A stretch of DNA of 49,102 bases, the filler included, from Streblomastix strix (taxonomy: Eukaryota): assembly GCA_008636045.1 (NCBI GenBank). It is 3 parts of 3 records of this genome, joined end to end, with 100 filler letters (N's around TTAATTAATTAA, not from the genome) between each part and the next. Parts side by side here need not be neighbours in the genome. Positions count along the whole stretch, not along the records: positions 32,803 to 49,102 come from SNRW01000843.1; 2 more parts are not named here. One strand, 5' to 3'. Position 1 is the stretch's first letter, and each line of letters begins with the position of its first letter. Made by a program: the position numbers and the translations under genes. The notes under the pieces are model-generated. The model saw nothing but the letters and a program-made list of their open reading frames with translations. It did not search any database and was not told where the DNA came from. This document shows, in pieces, positions 38,736-49,102 of the stretch.

Positions 38736-39121
38736 TCATCCACCCGGACCACTATAAGCCAAGTGCAAAGTTGATCCATCAACAATTCCTTGCTCAGAAA
38801 ATGTTTATTTGACGTTAAATATCCTGCCTTCTCCAAGAAGTGTTAGACGATTCACTGGAATTCCAGTTTTCTCTCCAATTTTCTATTTAATAGCACCGAC
38901 CTTTAAAATAAAAAATAAAACTAATATTATTTAATTGAAATTTATATTTTAAATACCTTATCATTCGGATCAACTTCAAATTCTATGGCAGTCCCTGGAT
39001 CTGTCTAAAATAAGAAACAAAAATTAATTAAAATGATAAATACTCATATAAATTATAAAATTATTAATACTTTCACTGTAACTTTGATGAGTTGTGCTTG
39101 ATTTTTTTACTCTTCACTCAT
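38736..39121 (-). CDS. Divergent NEDD8/ubiquitin-like protein, copy B (ends GPGG)
   Basis: Three exons: MSEEQKNQAQLIKVT|TDPGTAIEFEVDPNDK|VGAIKQKIGEKTGIPVNRLTLLGEGRIFNVKQTFSEQGIVDGSTLHLAYSGPGG*. Confidence 0.85.
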
Positions 39122-40019
39122 GATTGAAGTTTACTAAATGAATTAAATAAAAATATAATAAATAAAACCATATTTCTAGAATGAGATTAAAATTAAGTGT
39201 TCAAAATCCAATAAAAATGAAAAAATATATTTGAATAATTAAAATAAATATAAAAGTTCATAGTTCTGAGCTGATATTTGTAATAATTATAATAATTTTT
39301 TTTTCATGTCTTTTCATCAGCGAAAGTTATTTATTTACTGCATTTATTTTGAATTATATTAAATAATTTAATGAGAATGCTAATGAGTCAATAATTGTAT
39401 ACCAAAAAAATTGAGATGTCATTGCGCAATTGGCAAAATAAGAAAAATAATTGTTTCTATATTTATCTTGTTCAAATTAAGTGAATATTGCCTGTTAAAT
39501 TTGATATGTTTAGACCGTGTTAAATTCTATAGTGATGTATGAATTTTTGAATAAAAATTATCAAACTAATAGTTGATCTTACCATATTAACTTTATTTCA
39601 ATCGTTAACTCCATAAATCTTAGAACACAAAATAAATCACGATAGTTTGAACATTAATGAAAATTATCTATAATTTTACAAAATTTTATTTCATTTCCTT
39701 ACTTTTATTAATGAAATGCAAGACTTTTTGATTTTTGTTTTTAATTTCACGATTTCTATCCACTTTTTGATTAATTATTCTTTATTTTTTTATATTTATT
39801 AAAATAACTTCAGCTTGATTGATTTTGAGAAATATTCTGAAGAAACTGAACATATCAACGAAGTACGATGGGAGGTTGATTTATTTTTCGCTTATCCGGT
39901 TTTTTTCATAGCTATATGATTTATCCGTTCTAATTTCTATAGCATTTCAGCGCATATAAGAGTTTACTCGAAATTATTTTGAGTGGGCGTTCATTGTGAA
40001 TATCAGGTGAGCAAGCAGA

Positions 40020-40200
40020 AGTTAAACTTAGAATGAAGCTATTGCTCAACTTTGATGCCAAAGAAAACAAGGTTGCTGACTATGAAATTGCAATGCTGCA
40101 AAAGATGCACTCAAAATATTCAGAACAATATTAGTGGTCCTTACACATACAACGGAACTATAGCTTGAATAGACCAAAAGAAGATGAAGTTTAGGCTTTA
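40020..40200 (+). pseudogene. Possible decayed protein-kinase N-lobe fragment
   Basis: KENKVADYEIAMLQKMHSKY resembles the alphaC/subdomain III-IV text of NEK-type kinases. No further motifs were recovered. Confidence 0.25.
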
Positions 40201-40906
40201 TTAAGCAACACAACATTTAACTTCTTACTTTGGAATTGTAAAACCACCTATTTCAATCTCGGCTCTGTTGACTGATTGATATTAATAATTGACAATAATT
40301 ATTTTAAATTCATTTCAAATCAACATTACTTAGATTGAAGCAGGTAAATTTATTTTCCAAAGTATGAAGGCTAAGAAGATAGTTTTGCATTATAAACCCT
40401 TTATCATTTTCATTGTTTATTTCTGTTCTTTTTTTAATGATTTATTATATTATTATAATACAAATTATTAATTTCAAATTCATTCAGTTTTCTTAAATAA
40501 TGTTAAACAATAGAATCGTTTGAATTGCAAATATTTTATCTAATTTTTACGTATTATTTTGAATACAATTTTAAATGTTACTCATTGTAAAATTTAGATA
40601 ATATTCTTTTAATTATTAAGTAAGAAACAATGAGATTATCGTAATAATGTATTAAAAATGAAAAATAATCAATAATATCGAATATGCTTTTCAATTATTA
40701 GAATTGATAATATATAGCTAATTATAAATAATATTATTATATAATCTCATCACTGATTTACTCATTTTCATACATAAATACACAAATATATAATTATTAA
40801 TAATTCAAACAGTTTCATTAATTTTGCGTGTCTCTAAATAAATTATTACTTGTTTCTGATTATTTTTTTAAAATAATTTTTTATTTACTATTAAAATTTA
40901 TTAGAA

Positions 40907-42625
40907 ATGAGTGTTTATCCTTAATACGAAGAAGACGGTGTAGACTATGAAGAGGATGATTATGCCACATTCACAGTTCAACCGATTCAAGACCAGTTGT
41001 AGAAATAGCAAATTAAATAATTTAAAATTAATGAGCCTATTGATTCAACTCAGAATGACTCTGACTAATAATTACCTAGACTTCCAGATGAAAAATAGCA
41101 AAAAAAGATTTAAAAAGAAGAAATCCTTTCCCCAACAAAACAATAAAAACCAGACCAGAAACTTCAACAAACAAAACCAACCAATAAACAACATACTTTT
41201 CAACCACCAAGAATAATCAACCCCATAAAACAGAAACAAGCTCTAATTCGGCAGATGAATGAAGATGAATACGATATAGCGATGATTCGTCGTAACTGCG
41301 GCTGAGATGTGATTGAAGTAGTTAATATTGAACTTCAGATTGACAAGATTAATGAAGATTTGGAGAATGAGAAGAAGAAAATTAAAGTTTTATAAGAATA
41401 AGTGATGAAAGAAGACCAGGTCAAGAAAAGCAAACTTCGAAAACAAAGTTCGTATGAAAAACTTATTGATATGCACAATGAACAGCAAATGTTAGAAGCG
41501 AGATTGAATAAAAAAGAAACAGATGGAAATTAACTCCAATTGCAACTGGATGCAAGTGAATAAAAATAAGAAGAGAATAAATAAGAATTGCAACATTAGA
41601 AAGAAATCAATGAAAAATTAATTTAGAAAATCCAAGAAAATTTAAATAATGAAGAAGTCGAAGCAGTTTTGACCAGTGTGATGGGATAATAATACAAAGG
41701 TGAGACATTCATTGTTGTTTCAGATGATAAGAGACCTTGGCAGAAGAATATGAAATCAGATAATAATCAAACATAAAGTTCTGATATTTAAGATGGAATA
41801 TAGAAAACTAAGAATTAGAGTGATCTGTAGAAATAAAAAGATAATTTAGAGATTAGTTAAGTTAATGATAAGAAACCGAATATATAACTTGAATAATGGA
41901 AAGAATCGAGAAAAACAAAAGATGAAGAAATTAAAAAATAATAGAAACAATAATGGGGATAAAATGTCAAATCAAATTCAAACATTGATCAATTAAGAAA
42001 AAGTAATAATGTTGGATCCAGCATTCCTTATCAACGTACTCGTGTACTTACTGAATAGACAATAATGAAACCAGCTAATTCAATTGAAGAGAAAGATTTC
42101 CAGATCCGATCTATGAAAGAAACGTTCATGCAGCAGATTGAAGGAAAAGACAACAAATTAAAATAGATTCAGAAGTAAAGTCAAAGAGAGCATGATAAAG
42201 GAGCATAACTGAGAGTGCAATTAGCGAGAAAAGAATAATAAGATGCTGAGATTGATAGAGAAATAAGATTACTGACTTTGAGGTTATCTGGACTGGTGAA
42301 TGAAACGAACAGAAACACGAAAGGGATTAACAATACATAAGTTGGGTAGTTTAATTAGAAGAATGATGAAGATTATGATGGATTAGTTAGAAGCAGAAAT
42401 TTAAAGCCAATTAAGTTCTATAATAAGTAATAATAAGTTATTATTGATGATGAAGAAGAAGATGATGATGAAAAAGATGAAGATGAATAAGAATCTAATA
42501 AGAAAAAGAAACATATTAAGAAATAGATCCAATAAAATAATAATAAATAAAAAAAGAAGATTTTAAATGATAGCGATGATGAAGATGAAGACATTAATGA
42601 TGATGATGAAGTTGATGATGACTGA
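40907..42625 (+). CDS. Coiled-coil, E/K/Q-rich hypothetical protein with an acidic tail; one in-frame TGA
   Basis: Single frame from ATG 40907 to TGA 42623-42625, with an internal TGA at 41303-41305 (RRNCG*DVIEVVN). Confidence 0.65.
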
Positions 42626-42975
42626 TTTTTATAAATGACACTTCATTTTCTATCATTTCATTCAAATATGTTGAATAAATAGTACTCATAGTAGTTAAAA
42701 GATGAATTTGTTGCGCTCTAATTAAATAACTTTTTAGAGGAAGAATTATTTTATGACAAATATATATTTAATTCGAATACAGCGTCTTACAACTCTTAAA
42801 TAATCAGAGTCGGAAATACAATGCTATCATGACAATTAATCCTTGAGGGACAATTTATATAAAAATTATTAATAATTTAATTTATTATCTTTCAATATTT
42901 AACTCTTTTATTAAAATTTATTAACAATGGTTGTTTGGTTGGTGATTGCGTAATGAATTAGTTAGAATCTTATTT

Positions 42976-44035
42976 TCATTCCCATTTCATTTCTTTTGCA
43001 TCCGGGATGTTTGTTGCTGTTGGAGCTTCAAGGCGTTTCAATGAGAGAATTGTTACTGATTCATCTTTAGAATATAGGAAAAACTAGAAATAAATAAAAA
43101 TACAATTAAATTTAGAATTAAAATTATTATTAACAAACAAAGAATTGCACAGATTCTGGAAGATTGCTCACAAAAACAGGAAGTTGTTTTCCATTGACGA
43201 AGAAAGTTGCTGTTCTTGGATGTGTCATATTGACTTCAATAGCAACAGTATCACCATGTTTCGATTCTTGTTTTACCCCTATTTCTTTTCCATTCTGAGT
43301 TATATATTTACTAATAAAATATGATATTTATTTTAAATTTAATGCAAGATTGTTAGAAAAACATTTAATAAATTAAATTTAATATATACCGTTAATTGTT
43401 GTAATATGCATTGTCTTTGCAATCTAAAATGATTAAGAATATTGTTTTATATTATTAATAATAAAATATATAATAAAATATAATATAAAAAAATTATTTA
43501 TATATCCTATTAATTCAATAATTATTCATACATGGTTATACTCCACAACCTCTACCAAATGGAATTACTAGTCCAGATTTCATAACACCAAAAACATTCA
43601 CATTATTATTATTCTTGAATTCACATCTATAGATTCCATGAGAAATTTATTTGTCAATTGGAAATGTTTTAAATTCATCTTTAGTTGAAATATAAGTGAA
43701 TTCATCTTCTTTCTTTATGTAATCCCCTTCAGGAACTGTGATTGATATTGGAATATCTAATATTAGTCAATAAATATAAAAATTAAAATATCATATTGAA
43801 AATAAACATCCAAATAATTATTTGAATTTCGAATTGATATTATTTTCATACTAATTTTATTTTCTATTGCTTTATGAAATCTTATGTGATCTTTAAGCTT
43901 AAATGTTTTCTTATTCAAACAGACAAGCTATTAAATATCTTCCAAATCAATCAAATCAGAAGCAATTTCAAGCAAAATGAATTCATCCAATCCAATAAAC
44001 CCTCCTAAAACATTATATTCATTTATATCTGACAT
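42976..44035 (-). CDS. F-box-like plus SPRY/B30.2-like protein
   Basis: N-terminus FIGLDEFILLEIASDLIDLEDIQQLVCLNKKTF; C-terminus HGDTVAIEVNMTHPRTATFFVNGKQLPVFVSNLPESVQF|FFLYSKDESVTILSLKRLEAPT...KWE*. About four short GT-AG introns. Confidence 0.75.
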
Positions 44036-44799
44036 TTTGAATTTCTAAAAAAAAGTTTATAAATTAAATTATAAAAATTGGGAGTTAAAAATAAATAATC
44101 CATTAAGTTAAAACAAAATAAATAAAATTATTGTGAAATATAATAAGTTATTTATAAAATAAACCAATAAGTACAAAAAAAATATTTACTAAAAATAAAT
44201 AAATTGTGAAAATATGGTATAATGAATAATAATTCTAATAATATTATTAAATATATAATGTATTAAAATAAAAGTGATAGAATTAAGAAAATTAAAATTA
44301 AATAATATAAAAATTTCTGTGAAAAATAAAAATAGAATAAAAAATAATAATTTATTAAATTTCTTTATTAGTGTTGAAAAGTTTGATTTAGTTTTTATGT
44401 AAAAAAATAAAAAAATAAATTGGGTTTATTATGATATTGAAAATGTGAATTATTGTTGTTGGAATTTGTCAAAATTGTTTGTCGGGCAATTTTTTTTAAT
44501 GACAAATCCCATCAAAACGAACGAAAGAATAATTTGATTGGAAAATAAAAATTAAATTAATTTTTGAGATCGAACAAAATAATATGTATTTTTTGGCAAT
44601 AATTATGTTTTTAAATAAACATTTTAAAAATGTTAATTTTAAAATGATAATTGATTTATCGATTTTTAGAAATATTTTTATTTTTTTTGAAAAATATAAT
44701 AAAATTAATTTTAATCTTAGATTATTATTAAAATCTAAAAGGTAAAGTTAGGAGCAAATGAGCTCCGTGATAACGTTCTATTACTAAAATGTTACTAGT

Positions 44800-45880
44800 A
44801 ACGCAATAGCAATTTACTTATATCGCTTCGTTCAATTGTTCCATTTCCTTATTACTAGAAAGTTAAAGTAGAGTAGCATTGGCCGTGACTTCCCACGAAC
44901 TATGACGTGATATCACTAATTACTCAATTTGCAGCATAAATATAATTATTACTTGCTGCATTTGAAAATATACAGTTGTGCGAAAAAATATTTATTTTTG
45001 TTGTTTAGAGTCCTTGCCTTGCTAGTTCGGTTGATGCTGCATGTTTACACAAGTATGCAGTTGTTACGCTGATTCCGATTTCGCGTAGAAATGAGCTCGA
45101 CTAAAAGCTGATTCGTCATTTATCTGCCGATTATCCATCAGGTTACCAAAAAATGGCTAGCAAAATTATTTGGAACCATTGCATAACGCCAATATAAAAG
45201 GTTAAGCCAATTGATCAAAGATACGTTAGGACAAACTTTAGGGTCGCCAATTTTTCTAGTCTCATACTGTTCAATCGAATTGTTCGCTTTCGGTGATAAG
45301 CATAGGATTGCTATTTAGTTTTTGAAATCAATGTTCGAATTTGTTAAGTTTATTTCGAGCGCCTCGTTTATTCTGATGAAACTTATGGGGAATTATAATG
45401 ATGCATGTTTCGTTTCTATCTCTGTATCCGATAAATCTTTTTCATCAGGTCGCAAGCGCCAACAATCAAATAATTATCTTATGTCACACATATTAGCATA
45501 TCTTCTGTTTTTAATCTTATAGTTTGAAACTGCTCTGTAAGCTAATTTTGACGGAATCGATGTTATTTATGGTATATCAAAAATGAGAGAGAGCATTGTG
45601 TTTAGGCAAAATTGGAGGGTGTTTGCTGAAGAAACACTTGGATTCCATCTTGTAAACTAAGTTATGACTTTTAAATAAAGAAAGCTTGGACATATTGAGA
45701 GAAGTTGATCAATATTGAGACGATGTTCATAAGAAAATTCTGCTAATGTTTTCATTGCATAAATTTAGTGTCTCTAAGTCTTAAATCTCTGTCCATTGAT
45801 GAATAATTGCTAAGCTCCTCTAGAAAGTCCTATCCTGTCTAGAATCTATGTTAAAAATATTCTTCCTTTTTCCTCATCTG
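44800..45880 (-). pseudogene. DIRS tyrosine recombinase
   Basis: Overlapping second frame: SFIRINEA (catalytic R), LSPKA, DPKVCP, TAYLCKHAASTELARQG, NIFSHN, NNYIYA. Frameshifted. Confidence 0.8.
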
Positions 45881-47407
45881 ATCCACGAGGAATGCTGCTA
45901 TCTTTCTAATTGGTAAAAAACTTTTTGGATTTTCCATGCTTAGTCCCTTGATTAGGCATTGGCTTGACTGTACAAGGATAAGGTACCTACTTGACTGATT
46001 CATTAAGTTTGTAAATCATGGTTGGCCCGGTCACCATGGTGCTATTACTATTGCTAAAGTCGCCTCATTGTTAAGGTATGAGATTACTCTTGACAAGATT
46101 TGAATTGGAGGGTGTACCAATAGGATTTCGTTAGTCCATGTGTTAGAGAACGCATCTATCCATTGAGCTTGTTAATCCCGTATGTTCGCTGACATATATC
46201 GAAGTAATAGTTTTGTTGTTGATGAAGAGAATAGATCGAGAGTTGGTTAGATATTCTTTAAAATTTTTATTTGATCCAGATATGATGGGTGAAGGTGATA
46301 ATCTCCTGACCTACATAAACTGCTAAGAGCATCTGCTATTATGTTTATCTTTCCCGGTACGTGTTGTGTTATTATTTTTATATTCAAATGTTGGCAAGTG
46401 AGGTAAATATCCTTCACTGCTGGTGCTAAAGTGTCTGTTGCTCTCAGCCTTCTTAAATCGAATACTGCTGTAGAGTTATCTGATCTAATTAGGAGATTAG
46501 TTATCTGCAGCTCTTTGCAAACTCTTGCGAAAGCTATTATTCCTAAGTGAATGGCCTGCAGTTCCTTCCTATTACTTGTCCAATGTATCTGATAGCTAAG
46601 CCATGCTCCATGAGCTACTAGAACCTCTTCAGAATCAAGTTCTAGTATTGCACTCCATCCTTGGGGTGAGGCATCTGTTACTACAATTGCCTGTGGAATT
46701 GGGTTTTATATCTATTATTTCTTATTCTCTGCTATTTTCTTAATCCACCAGTAGAGTTCCTTCAGTGCTTCTAGCGGTGAGACCATCATTCCAGTCCAGC
46801 CTTACGTTTTGATTGCTCTAGTTTCAGCTAAGTCTATTAGCATTATATAGAGTGATGCTTTTCTGAATTGGGTTCTCAGGAAATTAAATCTTCCTATTAG
46901 AGCTGCTGTTTCTTTAATCTTGATTATTTTATGTCTTTATGTGTTCTTAAAAAATTGTTTAACTTAATCTATTAATTGGTGTCTTCTATCTTTAGTCATG
47001 AAAATATTCATTTCTATCATATTCCATGTCCATCCGAGGAAGTCTATCTCTTATTTCGGTATTAGTTGACACTTATTTAGAGCTATTGTCCAACCAAAAT
47101 GCTCCAGAGTGTTGATTAAATGTTATATTTGGTAAAAAAGCCAGTTTTTATCTTGATGGAGGAGAAGAAGATCGTCGGAGTAGTTAATTATTCTGATTTC
47201 TGTTCTCTTACGAATCTCCGTTAAAAGAATGGTAAGTGCTTGAGTAAAGAAAATTGGGGAATGTTTGCATCCAAATGGCATTGTCCTATATTGGTTGTGG
47301 TGATTGTTGACTTCGAAAGCTAGGTATGCTCTATGTGGAGGATATACGATTAGGTGGTGAAAGGCCGATTTAAGATCGTGTGTTACTGCCCAATCGTTAA
47401 ACACCAA
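45870..47407 (-). pseudogene. DIRS pol: reverse transcriptase - RNase H - methyltransferase-like domain
   Basis: DLKSAFHH, MPFGCKHSP, YSDD, FLGWTW; RNase H VTDASPQGW, SNRKELQA, IRSDNSTAV, HVPGKINIIADALS; MT-like DAFSNTW...HPPI...IAPW*PGQP*F. Confidence 0.92.
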
Positions 47408-48319
47408 AAGTTAATATGAAAATTTGAGGTCCGCCCCACAATACAAGTAAATTAAATGCAATATATAATTCAATATGCTCAAGACCTGGTTAAAAAAATG
47501 CAGGAGTTTTGGCATATTTAATTGTTTAAATATTTACAATATTTTAAAAAAACTGATATATATCATGGCTAAAAGTAATAAATATTATCAAATATGATTA
47601 AGTTATTTTGGGAGCAGAGATCTCGCAGAATTTATGAAAATGCGTTCGATTATAAATATAGTTAAAATATTGTATTATACATGCTAGTTAAATATTAAAT
47701 GAAGTGAGCGATGAAAAAATGCTATATATAGTAAATAAATGAAATTGCGAGAGTCAGCGTGTTAATTTTAAGTTGCAGCCCAGTTTTCTCGACATGTTTA
47801 TGCAAAAAATTATATTTTGTAAGTAAAACAAATTAATAATATATAATTATAAATTTATTAGTGTTTTTAAAGTGTTTGGCAGAAGAGAACTTGTTAAACA
47901 AGGAATTTAATGTTCAGTAATTTGCATCAAAATTCTGCAGGATCTACAAATAATTTTGTTGTAATTATTATTTATTTGAATGTGTTTTTGTATTTGTATA
48001 AAAATTATGTTTAGAATAAGAGAAGTTGTACACTACCTATCAGAAGAATGATGCACCAAAAAATTTGATTTTGGAATCCATCAATAAACTACATCAATCT
48101 AAAATATTTTTTTCATTTAAAATTATTAATTTAATTATATATGTTTATTTAAATACATTTAATACATATTTAATTATTTATTCATTAATATGAATATTTC
48201 AAGCAAAATAAAAAAAAAGTTGGATTTCTCGATAGCATTCAAATAAATATCTATAAATTTTTATTTTAATTTGTGTCTCATATTTAATAGAATATTATTT
48301 TATTAATAACTCAAAAACG

Positions 48320-49010
48320 ACTCATCGGACATATAATTGGACTATTTTGAGAGGCTATTTTTTTTTACCCAATAATAAAAATAATATTTTTTGAATCCTA
48401 CATAAATATAATTGGATATTGAAACTATTTATGTAATGACGAAATATATATCGTTAAATTAAACGAATGGCTATATATTAAAACTCATCCTCATTTTGGC
48501 CCAGTGTATATAGATTATCCAGTACCATCTAATGTTGGAGTGGCTTATGAATATTAATAGCCTATTGAATGATTGTTCAAATTCAAATGAATAATTCATA
48601 TTCTTGCATTTATGTAACGAGCTATTATTAAATTTCTGGTTCTTCTTCTCGAATTTCCTCTTTTTATTCTACTTATTTCTTGTGCTATTTGTAACTTTTT
48701 ATTTTAAGCTTATATTTCTCTACATATTTAACGGCGTCCTAGTGCTGTTGTTTTATAAATGAGTTTTTAGTTCTCAATCGTATCAGTTCTTCCAATTCAA
48801 GCTATGGAATAGAATAATTAATTTATATCTATTTTGAACTTTTAATTGTTCGCTTTTACCTATTTTTCTTAATAGCTTTTCTCTAACTTCGCTTTAGCTT
48901 AATGAATCATCTGCTTTTTCATCCTAATTCTTTTACTCTTCATAATTTATAAATTCCTCTTCTTCATCTTCTTATATTTCTTTCTATTCCTTTTATCATT
49001 TTATAATTTT
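48320..49010 (-). CDS. Internal part of a coiled-coil hypothetical gene or pseudogene
   Basis: E/K/Q-rich frame over 48485-49010 with two in-frame TGA codons (48577, 48583), followed by probable short exons. Identity unknown. Confidence 0.35.
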
Positions 49011-49102
49011 TAAAATATAAAAATGGATTAGGCACATACATTAAAAAATTTGATTGAAAATGGAACATAAATTGAATACTTTGACTGAGGATGTATTATG
49101 TA

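Larger units (their letters stand above)
36678..39285. repeat. Tandem segmental duplication (~1.2-kb copy A 36678-37871; ~1.4-kb copy B 37872-39285 with a ~200-bp extra segment)
   Basis: Near-identical blocks, e.g. 36700-37040 vs 37895-38239 and 37735-37885 vs 39135-39285. Confidence 0.92.
44730..47407 (-). mobile_element. DIRS-type (tyrosine-recombinase) retrotransposon, 5'-truncated and decayed
   Basis: RT, RNase H, methyltransferase-like and tyrosine recombinase domains occur in DIRS order, with frameshifts and stops. The lower-coordinate boundary is approximate. Confidence 0.9.

Noticed and set aside
41292..41306. 15-nt GT...AG micro-intron that would remove the in-frame TGA
   Set aside because: It is far shorter and more GC-rich than the other introns here (about 50-130 nt, AT-rich), and has no independent support.
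1065..44035. A ubiquitin-system gene cluster (RBR ligase, F-box proteins, Ubls)
   Set aside because: The genes lie on three unlinked contigs, so co-occurrence is an artefact of concatenation.

Overview
AT-rich eukaryotic (protist) genomic DNA. The window is three probably unlinked contigs (1-16302, 16403-32702, 32803-49102) joined by artificial 100-nt N/TTAATTAATTAA linkers. Genes open only when TAA/TAG are read as Gln and TGA as stop, so the supplied standard-code ORF track is mostly fragments or antisense shadows. The code, short spliceosomal introns, a flagellar gene and a DIRS element suggest a flagellate such as the oxymonad Streblomastix (inference). Contig 1 carries an RNF216-like RBR E3 ligase, Notchless/NLE1, a giant CH-domain Q/N-rich protein, a CS/HSP20-like protein and a bacterial-type SAM methyltransferase with large insertions. 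Contig 2 carries a TLDc protein, an F-box-like membrane protein and about 9 kb of decayed, nested virus-like and mobile DNA. That region holds an A32-like packaging ATPase, putative minor and major capsid genes, a 413-bp mini-element with Polinton-type AGTAGT termini, a 3.2-kb TGT...ACA integrase element and a second penton-like gene. Contig 3 carries a SPAG17/PF6-like 3' part, two tandem, strongly diverged NEDD8/ubiquitin-like genes, a coiled-coil gene, an F-box/SPRY-like gene and a truncated DIRS retrotransposon. Other oddities are in-frame TGA codons at Trp-compatible positions and an intron with AT...AA ends. All translations were done by eye and no database searches were run.
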